Shown piece after piece: positions 39,301 through 52,062 of a DNA stretch of 64,000 nucleotides (position 1 is the first letter of the stretch; each line of letters begins with the position of its first letter). The stretch spans positions 57,164,001-57,228,000 of the forward strand of contig CM069134.1 of the NCBI GenBank assembly GCA_035221665.1, in the 5' to 3' direction. A model generated the notes under the pieces. It had not been told where the DNA came from. It was given only the letters and a program-made list of their open reading frames with translations, and did no database searches. This DNA is from Okamejei kenojei (lineage: Eukaryota). The position numbers were made by a program, and so were the translations under genes.

Positions 39301-42261
39301 GTCATGTCATAACTATCTTTGCCACTTACACCTCTTCTCTTCATCTTCATTCTGATACCCACTGCGGGGAAAGCCCAATTTTCTGGCACCCTCTGCAGAC
39401 CTATCCTCAGTGGCCAAATCTTCTCTTGTATGGCACAATCTTGTTCCTTTTAACATCTTCCGCTTGTATTTCCCACCAACAAGCAGCGTCAATTATTATG
39501 CTCATGCTCCCTGTTTGGGCCTGGCTGGGTTCTTTTCCTCCTCGTCTTCACTGATGCTTTCTTTTTATTCAGTGTTGAATTGGCGATGGCTCCATCTTCA
39601 GTCAAAGATGCATCATTCCTGGAGATTCTGCCTTGCTAGTAGAGTCCTCCCAGAGCTGGTCAGGCTAGTTGACATCTTTCTTCCGGCTTTGCCCTTATGG
39701 TGAATCCAATGACACTGCAAAGAGGAGACCAGCTTGGTTCCTAATCATCATTAGCTCCAGCTACTTCTGGTCAGTTGTGATGCCTTGGTTTTCACCAGTG
39801 ACAATCCGTGGTAGAGTTCTGATGCTCCTGTTCCTCCCATGTATGTTCCTTCCACATTTTATCCAGTGTTGATTTGGGTGCGAGTTCTGTCCTGTGACAA
39901 GGATAGGCTTCATTACCAGAGATTTCTTGGCTTTCAGGTGTCCCGTTCTGCATGTGTCGTAACTACCACTGGCAATTGCTCCTCTTCGTATTCTCTCCGT
40001 GCTCCGGCACCCACCAAGGGCCCGCCTTCGTCCAACCTCCGGCACCCACCGCCAGCCCGTATTCTGCTGCCGTATCCTCTCTCGGACAGCACACCTTGCT
40101 CTCTTTAACATCCTCGCTTGTGTTTCCCACCAAGAAGCAGTGTTAGGTATGATGCTCATGCTCTCCTGTTTGCTCCTGACCTGGTCTTTTCCTCCTCTTC
40201 CTCATCACTGGTGCTTTCTTTTATTCAGTGTTGAATTGGTGATGGCTCCGTCTTCAGTCAAAAAGATGCATCATTCCTGGAGATTCCTAGTGCTTCCAGG
40301 GTTAGTCATGCTATTTGACATTTTTCTTCTGGCTTTGCCCTGATGGTGAATACAATGACACTGCAAAGTGTCCAGCTTGGTTCTCAATCATCGTTAGCTC
40401 CAGCTACTTCTGGTCAGTTGTGATGCCTTGGTTTTCAAAGAGACAATCTGTGGTAGGGTTCCGATGCTGCTGTTCCTCAATGTATGTTCCTTCTTTCTTT
40501 TGTCCAGTGTTGACTTGGGTGTGGGTTCTGTGACAAAGATAGGCTTCATTACCAGATATCCCTTGGCTTTCAGGTGTGGCGTTCTGCATTTGTCGTAACT
40601 ATCATTGCCACTTGCTCCTATTCTTCTTCTCTCCGACCTCCAGCACCCGTCTTCAGCTGCCGAGTCCTCTCTTGGGCGGCTGTATCCGTCTTCCTCGCTC
40701 CCTGAGTGCCCAGCTCACTCTCTTTAACCGCCTTGCTTGGGTGACGAAAGTGGGTCATTTGTCGTAATTATCTTTGCTACTTGCACTTCTACTTCATCTT
40801 CTGTACGGCACCACCGTGGTAAGGTCCAAACTCCGGCATGCCACCACGGGGCCCGTCTTCAGCTGCCAAATCCTCTCTTGAACGGACACATTGCTCTCTT
40901 CAACGTCCTTGCCTGTGTTTCCCACCAACAAGCAGCTTCAGTTCTGAAGCTCATGATAACGTTTCGTCCTGGATAGGTCTTTTCCTCCAAGTCATCACTG
41001 TATTTTCTTTTATTAAGTGTTAGAATTGGTGATGGCTCCATCTTCAGTCAAAAAGGTTCATAATTCCTGGAGATTCTGCCTTGCTAAGCAGAGTCCTCCC
41101 CAGCTGGTCAGGCTATTTGACATCTTTCTTCTGGCTTTGCCCTTCTGGTGAATCCAATGACACTGCAAAAAGGAGCCCAGCTTGGTTCTCAATCGTCGTT
41201 AGCTCCAGTTACGTCTGGTGAGTTGCAACGCCTTGGTTTTCCCAGAGACAATCTGTAGTAGGGTTCTGATGCTCCTCTTCCTCCCATGCAAATTCCTCAT
41301 TTTTTCCAGTGTAGACTTGGGTGTGGGATCTGTCCTGTGACAAAGATAGGCTTAATTACCAGCGATCCCTTGGATTTCAGCTGTTGCATTATGCATTTGA
41401 GGTGACGTATTATGCATATGCGTTCTCTTTATCTTCTCTCCGTCCTCCGGCACCCACTGAGGGCGCGTCTTCGTCCAACCTCCGGAACCCACCGCGGGCC
41501 CATCTTCAGCTGCTGAATCCTCTCTTGGACGGCATACCTTGCTCTCTTTAATGTCCTCACTTGTGTTTCCCACCAACAAGCAGTATCAGTTATGATGCTC
41601 ATGCTCTCCTGTTAAGTCCTGGCTGTCTTTTCCTCCTCATCATCATCATCATCACTGTTGCTTTCTTTTATTCAGTGTTGAATTGGTGAAGGTTCTATCT
41701 TCAGTCAAAAAGATGCATCATTCCTGGAGATCCTTGAGTTCTTCCATAGTTGGTCAGGCTATTTGACATCTTTCTTCTAGCTTTGCCCTGATGGTGAATC
41801 CAATGACACTGCAAAGAAGAGACCAGCATGTGATGCCTTGGTTTTCCAAGAGACAATCCGTGGTTGGGTTCTGATGTTCCTGGTCCTCAATGTATGTTCC
41901 TTCTTTTTTCTCAATTAAACAGAATGCATCTGTCAACTTTTAGATTTGCATCGGTTAGATGTCATAGAACCTCAACCTCCTCTATCTTCTCTGCTTCATA
42001 TTCCCGCTCTTTTAAGGTCAAGCAAATCTTTCTAACCAGCCTGAAGATATAATGCTAGTCTGGACTTTACATGAAGGCTACATATGCAAGCAAATAAAGT
42101 AATAAGGCATCCAGACTAAAAATGCAAATTGCAGCACTTTATGGTGTCTCTTAAAAGACTCTCAGCAACCCAAGGACTGGTCTTTGAAGGTTCAAGAACA
42201 GCATCTCCCCATCAACCATCAGGTTCTTGAACCACATTACACAGCAACACACACTCCTTCC

Positions 42262-42354
42262 TGTCTGAAGAAGGGGCTCGACCCGAAACGTCGCCTATCT
42301 CCTTCGCTCCTTAGATGCTGCTGCACCCGCTGAGTTTCTCCAGCTTTTTGTCCA
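42262..42354 (+). mobile_element. 93-bp Penelope-like terminal-repeat fragment, single-copy insertion in spacer A of HOR3
   Basis: tgtctgaagaaggggctcgacccgaaacgtcgcctatctccttcgctccttagatgctgctgcacccgctgagtttctccagc.... ccttcc is duplicated at 42256-42261 and 42355-42360. The insert is absent at the paralogous sites ~6980 and ~23140. Confidence 0.8.
42263..42294 (+). ncRNA. Minimal type I hammerhead ribozyme core (Penelope-type), stem I truncated
   Basis: CTGAAGA at 42265-42271, stem II ggg..ccc at 42273-42284, GAAA at 42285-42288, palindromic ACGT, then C at 42292 as the putative cleavage nucleotide. Confidence 0.6.
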
Positions 42355-45300
42355 CCTTCCAAACCACAACTGACTGCATCACAATGGCTGCTCACAAAGA
42401 TTGTTTTTGTATTATCATGGTCTACTTTCCTATAACTAATAATAACATAATGAGTCAAGATATCCATTCGATTGCTGTAATGGATATAAACTCCAATATA
42501 TGCCAATATAACAATTTCTTTATTTGTTATTGTTTAGCATGTGCTTTCTTTTGACTGGTTGAATAAGTGAGGGCTCCGTTCATTGTTAAAAGTTGCGTAA
42601 TTCCCAGAGATTCTATCTTGCCAGCAGAATCCTCACCGAACTGGTCAAGCTGTTTGACATCTTTCTTCTGGCTTTGCCCTTATGCTGAATCCAATGACAC
42701 TGCAAAGAGACCAGCTTGATTTTCAATCACCGTTAGCTCCAGCTACTTCTGGTCAGTTGTGATGACTTGGTTTTCCCAGTGACAATCCATGGTAGGGTTC
42801 TGATGCTGCTGTTCCTCCCCTGTATGTTCCTTCCTCATTTTGTCATGTGTTGACTTGGGTGTGGGTTCTGTCCTGTGACAAGGATAGGCTTCATTACCAG
42901 TGGTAACTTGGCTTTCAGTTGTCGCGTTTTGCATTTGTCATAACTACCAATGGCACTTGCTGCCTAATCTTCTCTTGGATGGCACACCTTGCTCTCTTTA
43001 ACATCCTCACTTGTGTTTCCCAACAACAAGCAGCGTCAGTTATGATGCTCATGAACTCCTGCTTGTTCCTGGCTGGGTCATTATCTCCTCGTCATCACTG
43101 GTGCTTTCTTTTATTCAGTGTTAAATTGGTGATGACTCCATCATCTGTCAAAAAGATGCATCATTCATGGAGATTCTGCCTTGCCAGCAGAGTCCGTCCA
43201 GAGCTGGTCAGGCTATTTGACATCTTTCTTTTGGCTTTGTCCTGATGGTCTCGCTTGGGTGACGAAAGAGGGACATTTGTCATAACTATCTTTGCTTCTC
43301 GCTCCTTTTCTTCATCTTCTCTCCAGCATCCAGTGCAGGTCCATCAAACATAGGGCACCCATCGCGGGTCCGTCTTCAGCTGCCGAATCTTCTCTTGGAC
43401 AGCACACCTTGCTCTCTTGGGCGGCTGTATCCGTCTTTTCCTCCTTGTCATTACTGATATTTTCTTTAGTTCAGTGTTAAATTGGTGATGGCTCCATCTT
43501 CAGTCAAAAAGATGCATAATTCCTGGACATTATGCCTTGCTAGCAGAGACCTCCCCCAGCTGGTCAGGCTATTTGACATCTTTCTTCTGGCTTCGCCCTT
43601 CTGGTGAATCCAATGACACTGCAAAAAGGAGTCCAGCTTGGTTCTCAATCGTCGTTAGCTCCAGCTACGTCTGGTGAGTTGGCATTGCCTTGGTTTTCCC
43701 AGAGACAATCTGCAGAAGGATTCTGATGCTCCTGTTCCTCCCATGCATGTTCCTCATTTTGTCCAGTGTTGACTTGGCTGTGGGTTCTGTCCTGTGACAA
43801 AGATAGGCTTAATTACCAGCGATCCCTTGGATTTCAGGTGTTGCTTTCTGCATTTGACGTAAATACCATTGGCAGTTGCTCCTCTTCGTCTTCTCTACGT
43901 CCTTCGGCACCCACAGAGGGTCCGTCTTCGTCCAACCTCCGGAACCCACCGCGTGCCCGTCTTCAGCTCTCTTTAACCTCCTCACTTGTGTTTCCCACCA
44001 ACAAGCATTGTCAGTCATGATGCTCATGCTCTCCTGTTAAGTCCTGGCTGTGTCGTTTCCTCCTCATCATCATCACTCTTGCTTTCTTTTATTCAGTGTC
44101 GGATTGGTGAAGGTTTCATCTTCAGTCAAAAAGATGCATCATTCCTGGAGATCCCTGGAGTTCTTCCAGAGTTGGTCAGGCTATTTGACATCTTTCTTCT
44201 AGCTTTGCCCTGATGGTGAATCCAATGAAACTGCAGAGAAGAGACCAGCTTGCTTCTCAATCATCTTTAGCTCCGGCTCTGGTCAGTTGTGATGCCTTGG
44301 TTTTCCAAGAGACAATCCGTGGTAGGTTTCTGATATTCCTGTTCCTCAATGTATTTTCCTTCTTTCTTTTTTCTCAATTAAACAGAATGCTTCTGTCAAC
44401 TTTTACATTTGCATCTGTTAGATTTCATAGAACCTCAACCTCCTCTATCTTCTCTGCTTCATGTTCCCGCACTTTTAAGGTCCAGCAAATCTTTCTACCC
44501 AGCCTGAAGATAAAATGCTAGTCTGGACTTTACATGAAGGCTACATATGTAAGCAGATAAAGTAATAAGACATCCAGACTAAAAATGCAAATTGCAGCTC
44601 TATATGGTGCCTCTTAAAAGACTCTCAGCAGCCCAAGGAATGGTCTTTCAAGGTTCAAGAACAACATCTCGCAGTCAACCATCAGGTTCTTGAACCACAT
44701 TACACCAGCAACACACTCCTTCCAAACCACAACTGACTGCATCACAATGGCTGCTCCACAAAGATTGTTTTAGTATTATCATGGTCTACTTTCCCATATT
44801 TAATAGTAACTTAATGAGACAACATATCCATTCGATTGCTGTAATGGATATCAACTCCAATATATGCCAATATAACAATTCATTTATTTGTTATTGTTTA
44901 GCATGTGCTTTCTTTTGACTGGTTGAATTGGTGAGGACTCCGTTCATTGGTAAAAACATGCGTCATTCCCAGAGATTCTATCTTGCCAGCAGAATCCTCT
45001 CCAAACTGCTCAAGCTTTATTGTCTTCAATGTTAAAATTGGTGATGACTCCATCATCTGTCAAAAAGATTCATCAGTGCTGGAGATTCTGCCTTGCTAGC
45101 AGAGTCCTTCCATAGCTGGTCAGGCTATTTGACATCTTTCTTTTGGCTTTGTCCTGATGGTCTCGCTTGGGTGACGAAAGAGGTTCATTTGTCGTAACTA
45201 TCTTTGCTTCTTGCTCCTTTTCTTCATTTCTCTCCACATCCACCACAGGTCCGTCAAACTTCGGCACCCATCGCAGGCTCATCTTCAGCTGCCGAATCTT

Positions 45301-48300
45301 CTCTTGGACAGCACACCTTGCTCTCTGTAACATCCTCGCTTGTGTTCCCCACCAACAAGCAGTGTCAGTTCTGATGCTCATGATCTTCTCTTTGGTTCTG
45401 GCTGGGTCATTTCCTCCTCGTCATCACCAGTGAATCCAATGACACTGCAAAGATGAGCCCAGCTGTGTTCTCAATCGTCGTTAGCTTCAGCTACTTCTGG
45501 TCAGTTGTGATGCCTTGGTTTTCCCAGTGACAATCCGTAGTAGGGTTCTGATGCTCCTGTTCCTCCCATGTATGTTCCTCATTTTGTCCAGTGTTGATTT
45601 GAGTGTGGGTTCTATCCTGTGACAAAGATAGACTTCATTACCAGCGATCCCTTGGATTTCAGGTGTTGTTTTCTGCATTTGACGTAACTACCATTGGCAG
45701 TTGCCCCTCTTCATCTTCTCTTCGACACCTGGAACCCGCCGAGGGCACGTCTTCAGCTGCCGAGTCCTCTCTGGGACGGCTCCGTCCGTCTTTCACGCTC
45801 GCTGAGGGCCTAGCTCACTCTCTTTATCCATCTTGCTTGGGTGACAAAATTGGGTCATGTCATAACTATCTTTGCCACTTACTCCTCTTCATCTTATTTC
45901 CGATATCTCCTCTTCTCTTGAAAGGCACATCTTGTTCAGTTTAACATCTTCACTTGTGTTTCCCACCAGCAAGCAGCATCAGTTCTGATGCTCCTATGTA
46001 TGTTTCCTTTCACATTTTGTCCACTGTTGATTTGGGTGTGGGTTCTGTCCTGTGACAAGCATAGGCTTCATTACCAGAGATATCTTGGCTTTCAGGTGTC
46101 CCGTTCTGCATTTGTCGTAACTACCATTGGCAGTCGCTGCTTTTCGTCTTCTCTCTGTACTCACGGCCCCACCAAGGGCCCGCCTTTCCAACCTCGGCAC
46201 CCACTGCAGGCCCGTCTTCAGCTGCCATATCCTCGCGACAACAGACACCTTCCTCTCTTTACATCTTCGCTTGTGTTTCCCACCAAGAAGCAGCGTTAGT
46301 TATGATGCTCATGCTCTCCTTTTTGCTCCTGACTGCTCTTTTCCTCCTCGTCGTCATCATTGGTGCTTTCTTTTATTCAGTGTTGAATTGGTGATGGCTC
46401 TATCTTCGGTCAACAAGATGCATCTTGCTCCTCTTCTTATCTTCTGTCTGGAACCCACCTCGTAAGTTCCAACCTCCGGAACTCACCACAGGCCGTCTTC
46501 ATCTGCCAAATCCTCTCTTGGACGACGCAACTTGCTCTCTTCAACGTCCTTGCTTGTTTCCAACCAACAAGCAGCTTCAGTTATGAAGCTCATGATCACC
46601 TGTTTTGGGTCCTGGATGGGTCCCTTTCCTCCTCGGCATCACTGGTATTTTCTTTTGTTCAGTGTAAAATTGGTGATGGCTCCATCTTCAGTCAAAAAGA
46701 TGCATAATTCCTGCAGATTCTGCCTTGCTAGCAGAGTCCTCCCCCAGCTGGTCAGGCTGTTTGACATCTTTTTCTGTCTTTGCCCTTCTGTGAATCCAAT
46801 GATGCTGCAAAAAGGAGTCCAGTTTGGTTCTCAATCGTCATTAGCTCCAGCTCTCTTGGTTTTCCCAGAGACAATTTGTAGTAGGGTTCTGATGCTCCTG
46901 CTCGTCCCATGCATGTTCCTCATTTTGTCCAGTGTTGACTTGGGTGTGGGTTCTGTTCTGTGACAAAGTTAGGCTTAATTACCAGCGATGTCTTGGATTT
47001 CAGCTGTTGCTTTCCGCATTTGACGTAACTGCCATTGGCAGAGGCTTCTCTTAGTCTTCTCTCCATCCTCCGGCACCCACTGAGAGCCCGTCTTCGTCCA
47101 ACCTCCGGAACCCACAGTGGGCCCGTCTTTGGTTCTCTTTAACCTCCTCACTTGTGTTTCCCACCAACAAGCAGTGTCAGTTATGATGCTCAAACTCTCC
47201 TGTTAAGTCCTGGCTGTGTCTTTTCTCCTCATCATCATCACTGCTTCTTCTTTTTATTCATGTTGAATTGGGAAGGTTCCATCTCCAGTCAAAAAGATGC
47301 GTCATTCCTGGAAATCCCTGGAGTTCTTCCAGAGTTGGTCAGGCTATTTGACATCTTTCTTCTAGTTTGCCCTGATTGGTTGAATCCAAAGACACTGCAA
47401 AGAAAGAGATCAGCTTGCTTCTCAATCATCTTTAACTCCAGCTCTGTCAGTTGAGATGCTTAGTTTTCCAAAGACATCCCGTGGATAGGGTCAACTGTTA
47501 GATTTCCATCTGTTAGATTTCATAGAACCTCAACCTCCTCTATTTCTCTGCTTCATGTTCCCGCGCTTTTAAGGTCAAGCAAATCTTTTTCCCAGCCTGA
47601 AGATAAAATGCTAGTCTGGACTTTAATGAAGGCTACATATGTAAGCAAATAAAATAATAAGACATCCTGACTAAAAATGCAAATTGCAGCTCTTTATGGT
47701 GCCTCTCAAAAGACTCTCAGCAGCCCAAGGACTGGTCTTTCAAGGTTCAAGAACAGCATCTCCCCGTCAGCCTTCAGGTTCTTGAACCACATTGCACCAG
47801 CAACATACTCCTTCTAAACCACAACAGACTGCATCACGATGGCTGCTCCACAAAAATTGTTTTTGTATTATCATGGTCTACTTTCCTAAAACTAATAATA
47901 ACATACTGAGACAATGATGGTCTACTTTCCTATAACTAATAACATACTGAGACATTTGATTGCTGTGATGGATATCAACTCCAATATATGCCAATATAAC
48001 AATTTATTTATTTGTTATTGTTTAGTATGTGCTTTCTTTTGACTGGTTGAATTGGTGAGGGCTCCGTTCATTGGTAAAAAGATGCACCATTCCCAGAGAT
48101 TCTATCTTGCCAGCAGAATCCTCTCCGAACAGGTCAAGCTGTTTGACATCTTTCTTCTGGCTTTGCCCGTATCGTGAATCCAATGACACTGCAAAGAGAT
48201 CAGCTTGATTTCAATCACCGTTGCTCCAGCTACTTCTGTCAGTTGGGATGCTTTGGTTTTCAACAGTGACAATCCATTGTAGTTCTCATGCTCCGGTTCC

Positions 48301-51300
48301 TCCCATGTATGTTCCTTCCACATTTTGTCCAGTGTTGATTTAGTTGTGGGTTCTGTCCGGTGACAAGGATAGGCTTCCTTACCAGAGATTTCTTGGCTTT
48401 CAGGTGTCACGGTCTGCATTTGTCGTAACTACCATTGGCAGTCGCTACTCTTCGTCTTCTCTCCGTCCTCCACCAAGGGCCCGCCTTCGTCCAACCTCCG
48501 GCACCCACCACAGGCCTGTCGTCAGCTGCCGTTACCTATCTTGGACAGCCACACCTTGGCTCTCTTAGATCCTCGCTTGTGTTTCCCACCAAGAAGCAGC
48601 GTTAGTTATGATGCTCATGCTCTCCTGTTTGCTCCTGACCTGGTCTTTTCCTCCTCCTCGTCATCACTGGTGCTTTCTTTTATTCAGTTTTGAATTGGTG
48701 ATGGCTCAGTCTTCAGTCAAAAAGATGCATCATTCCTGGAGATTCCTAGAGTCCTTCCAGTTAGTCATGCTATTTGACATCTTTCTTCAGGCTTTGCCCT
48801 GATGGTGAATACAATGACACTGCAAAGATTCTAGCTTGGTTCTCAATTGCCGTTAGCTCCAGCTACTTCTGGTCAGTTGTGGTGCCTTGGTTTTTCAAAG
48901 AGCCAAGATCCCATGGCTTTCAAGGTGTCGCGTTTTGCATTTGTCGTAACTATCATTGCCTCTTGCTGCTATTCATCTCCTCTCCGACCTCCAGCACCCG
49001 TCTTCAGCTGCTGAGCCCTCTCTTGGGCGGCTATATCCGTCTTCCTCGCTCCTTGAGGGCGCAGCTCACTCTCTTTATCCATCTAGCTTGGGTGACGAAA
49101 TTGGGTCATGTCGTAACTATCTTTGCTTCTTGCTCCTCTTCTTCATCTTCTTTCCGGTATGCACTGTGTGCAAAGTCCAACCTCCGGCACCCACCACAGA
49201 CCCATCCTCAGTTGCCAAATGCACATCTTCATCACTTTAACATCTTGACTTGTGTTTCCCACCAACAAGCAGTGTCAATTCTGATGCTCATGCTCTCCTG
49301 TTTGGGTCTGCTGGGTTCTTTTCCTCCTCGTCTTCACTGATGCTTTCTTTTAATTCAGTGTGAAGTGGTGGCTCCATCATCTTCAGTCAAAGATGCATCA
49401 TTCCTGGAGATTCTGCCTTGCAAGTAGAGTCCTCCCAGAGCTGGTCAGGCTAGTTGACGTCTTTCTTCTGGCTTTGCCCTTATGGTGAATCCAATGGCAC
49501 TGCAAAGAGGAGACCAGCTTGGTTCTCAATCGTCATTAGCTCCAGCTACTTCTGTTCAGTTGTGATGCTTTGGTTTTCACCAGCGACAATCCGTGGTAGA
49601 GTTCTGATGCTCCTGTTCCTCCCATGTATGTTCCTTCCACATTTTGTCCAGTGTTGATTTGGGTGTGGGTCCTGACCTGTGACAAGGATAGGCTTCATTA
49701 CCAGAGATTTCTTGGCTTTCAGGTGTCCCGTTCTGCATTTGTCGTAACTACCATTGGCAGTCGCTCCTCTTCGTCTTCTCTCCGTCCTCTGCCACCCACC
49801 AAGGGCCAGCCTTCGTCCAACCTCCGGCACCCACAGTGGGCCCGTCTTCAGCTGCCGTATCCTATCTCGGACAGCACACCTTGCTCTCTTTAACATCCTT
49901 GCTTGTGTTTCCCACCAAGAAGCAGCGTTACTTATGATGCTCATGCTCTCCTGTTTGCTCCCGACTTGGTATTTTCCTCCTCCTTGTCATCACTGGTAAT
50001 TTATTTTATTCAGTCTTGAATTGGTGATGGCTCCATATTCAGTCAACAAAATACATCATTCCTGGAGATTCCTAGAGTCCTTCCAGAGTTAGTCATGCTA
50101 TTTGACATCTTTCTTCTGGCTTTGCCCTGATGGTGAATACAATGACACTGCAAAGAGTCCAGCTTGGTTCTCGATTGCAGTTAGCTCCAGCTACGTCTGG
50201 TCAGTTGTGATGCCTTGGTTTTCAAAGCGACAATCCGTGGTAGGGTTCTGATGCTGCTGTTCCTCAATGTATGTTCCTTCTTTCTTTTGTCCAGTGTTGA
50301 CTTGGGTGTGGTTTCTGTCCTGTGACTAAGATAGGCTTCATTACCAGAGATCCCTTGGCTTTCAGGTGTCGAGTTTTGCATTTGTTGTAACTATCATTGC
50401 CTCTTGCTCCTATTCGTCTGCTCTCCGAACTCCAGCACCCGTCTTCAGCTGTCAAATCCTCTCTTCGACGACGCAACTTGCTCTCTTCAACGTCGTTGCT
50501 TGTGTTTCCCACCAACAAGCAGCTTCACTAATGAAGCTCATGATCACCTGTTTGGTCCTGGATGCATCTTTTCCTCCTCGTCATCACTGGTATTTTCTTT
50601 TGTTCAGTGTAAAATTGGTGATGGCTCCAGCTTCAGTCAAAAAGATGCATTATTCATGGAGATGCTGCCTTGCTAGCAGAGTCCTCCCCCAGCTGGTCAG
50701 GCTATTTGACATCTTTATTCTGGCTTTGCCCTTCTGGTGAATCCAATGACACTGCAAAAAGGATTCCAGCTTGGTTCTCAATCGCCGTTAGCTCCAGCTA
50801 CATCTGGTGAGTTGCGATGCCTTGGTTTTCCCAGAGACAATCTGTATAGGGTTCTGATGCTCCCTGTTCCTCCCATGCATGTTCCTCATTTTGTCCAGTG
50901 TTGACTTGGGTGCGGGTTCTGTCCTGTGACAAATATAGGCATAATTACCAGTGTTCCCTTGGGTTGCTTTCTGCATTGGACGTAACTGCCATTGGCAGAT
51001 GCTTCTCTTCGTCTTCTCTCCGTCCGCCGGCACCCACTGAGGGCTCATCTTCGTCCAACCTCCAAACCCACCGCGGGCCCGTCTTCAGCTCTCTTAAAAC
51101 TCCACACTTGTGTTTCCCACCAACAAGCAGTGTCAGTTATGATGCTCAAGCTCTCCTGTTAAGTCCTGGCTGTGTCTTTTCCTCCTCATCATCATCACTG
51201 TTGCTTTCTTTTATTCAGTGTTGAATTGGTGAAGGTTCCATCTTCAGTCAAATAGATGCGTCATTCCTGGAGATCCCGGGAGTTCTTCCAGAGTTGGTCA

Positions 51301-51997
51301 GGCTATTTGACATCTTCTAGCTTTGCCCTGATGGTGAATCCAATGACACTGCAAAGAAGATACCAGCTTGCTTCTCAATCATCATTAGCTCCAGCTAATT
51401 CTGGTCAGTTGTGAATGCCTTGGTTTTCCAAGAGACAATCCGTGGTAGGGTCCTAAGGTTCCAAGTTCCTCAATGTATGTTCTCATTCTTTCTTTTTCCT
51501 CAATTAAACAGAATGCCATCTGTCAACTGTTAGATTTCATAGAACCTCAACCTCCTCTATCTTCTCTGCTTCATGTTCCCGCGCTTTTAAGGTCAAGCAA
51601 ATCTTTCTACCCAGCCGGAAGATAAAATGCTAGTCTGAACTTTACATGAAGGCTGCATACCTAAGCAAATGAAGTAATAAGGCATCCAGACTAAAATGCA
51701 ATTGCAGCTCTTTATGGTGCCTCCTAAAAGACTCTCAGCAGCCCAAGGACTGGTCTTTCAAGGTTCAAGAACAGCATCTCCCCATCAACCACCAGATTCT
51801 TGAACCACATTACACCAGCAACACACTCCTTCTAAACCACAACAGACTGCATCACAATGGCTGCTCCACAAACATTGCTTTTGTATTATCATGGTCTACT
51901 TTCCTAAAACTAATAATAACATAAATGAGAACAAGATATCCATTCGATTGCTGTCCTGGATATCAACTCCAATATTTGCCAATATAGCAATTTCTTT

Positions 51998-52062
51998 GAA
52001 CCCGCCGAGTTACTCCAGCCTTTTGTGTAACCTCGATTCTCCAGCATCTGCAGTTCCTTCTT
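51998..52062 (+). mobile_element. Copy of the 65-bp insert in spacer D (HOR3)
   Basis: Near-identical sequence and same junctions as 17160-17224. Confidence 0.7.

Larger units (their letters stand above)
21457..40599. repeat. Higher-order repeat copy 2 (~19.1 kb, includes an extra ~2.4 kb internal duplication)
   Basis: Spacers A ~22790, B ~25150, C ~29015, D ~33330, D' ~35750, truncated E ~38203. Colinear with copy 1. Confidence 0.85.
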
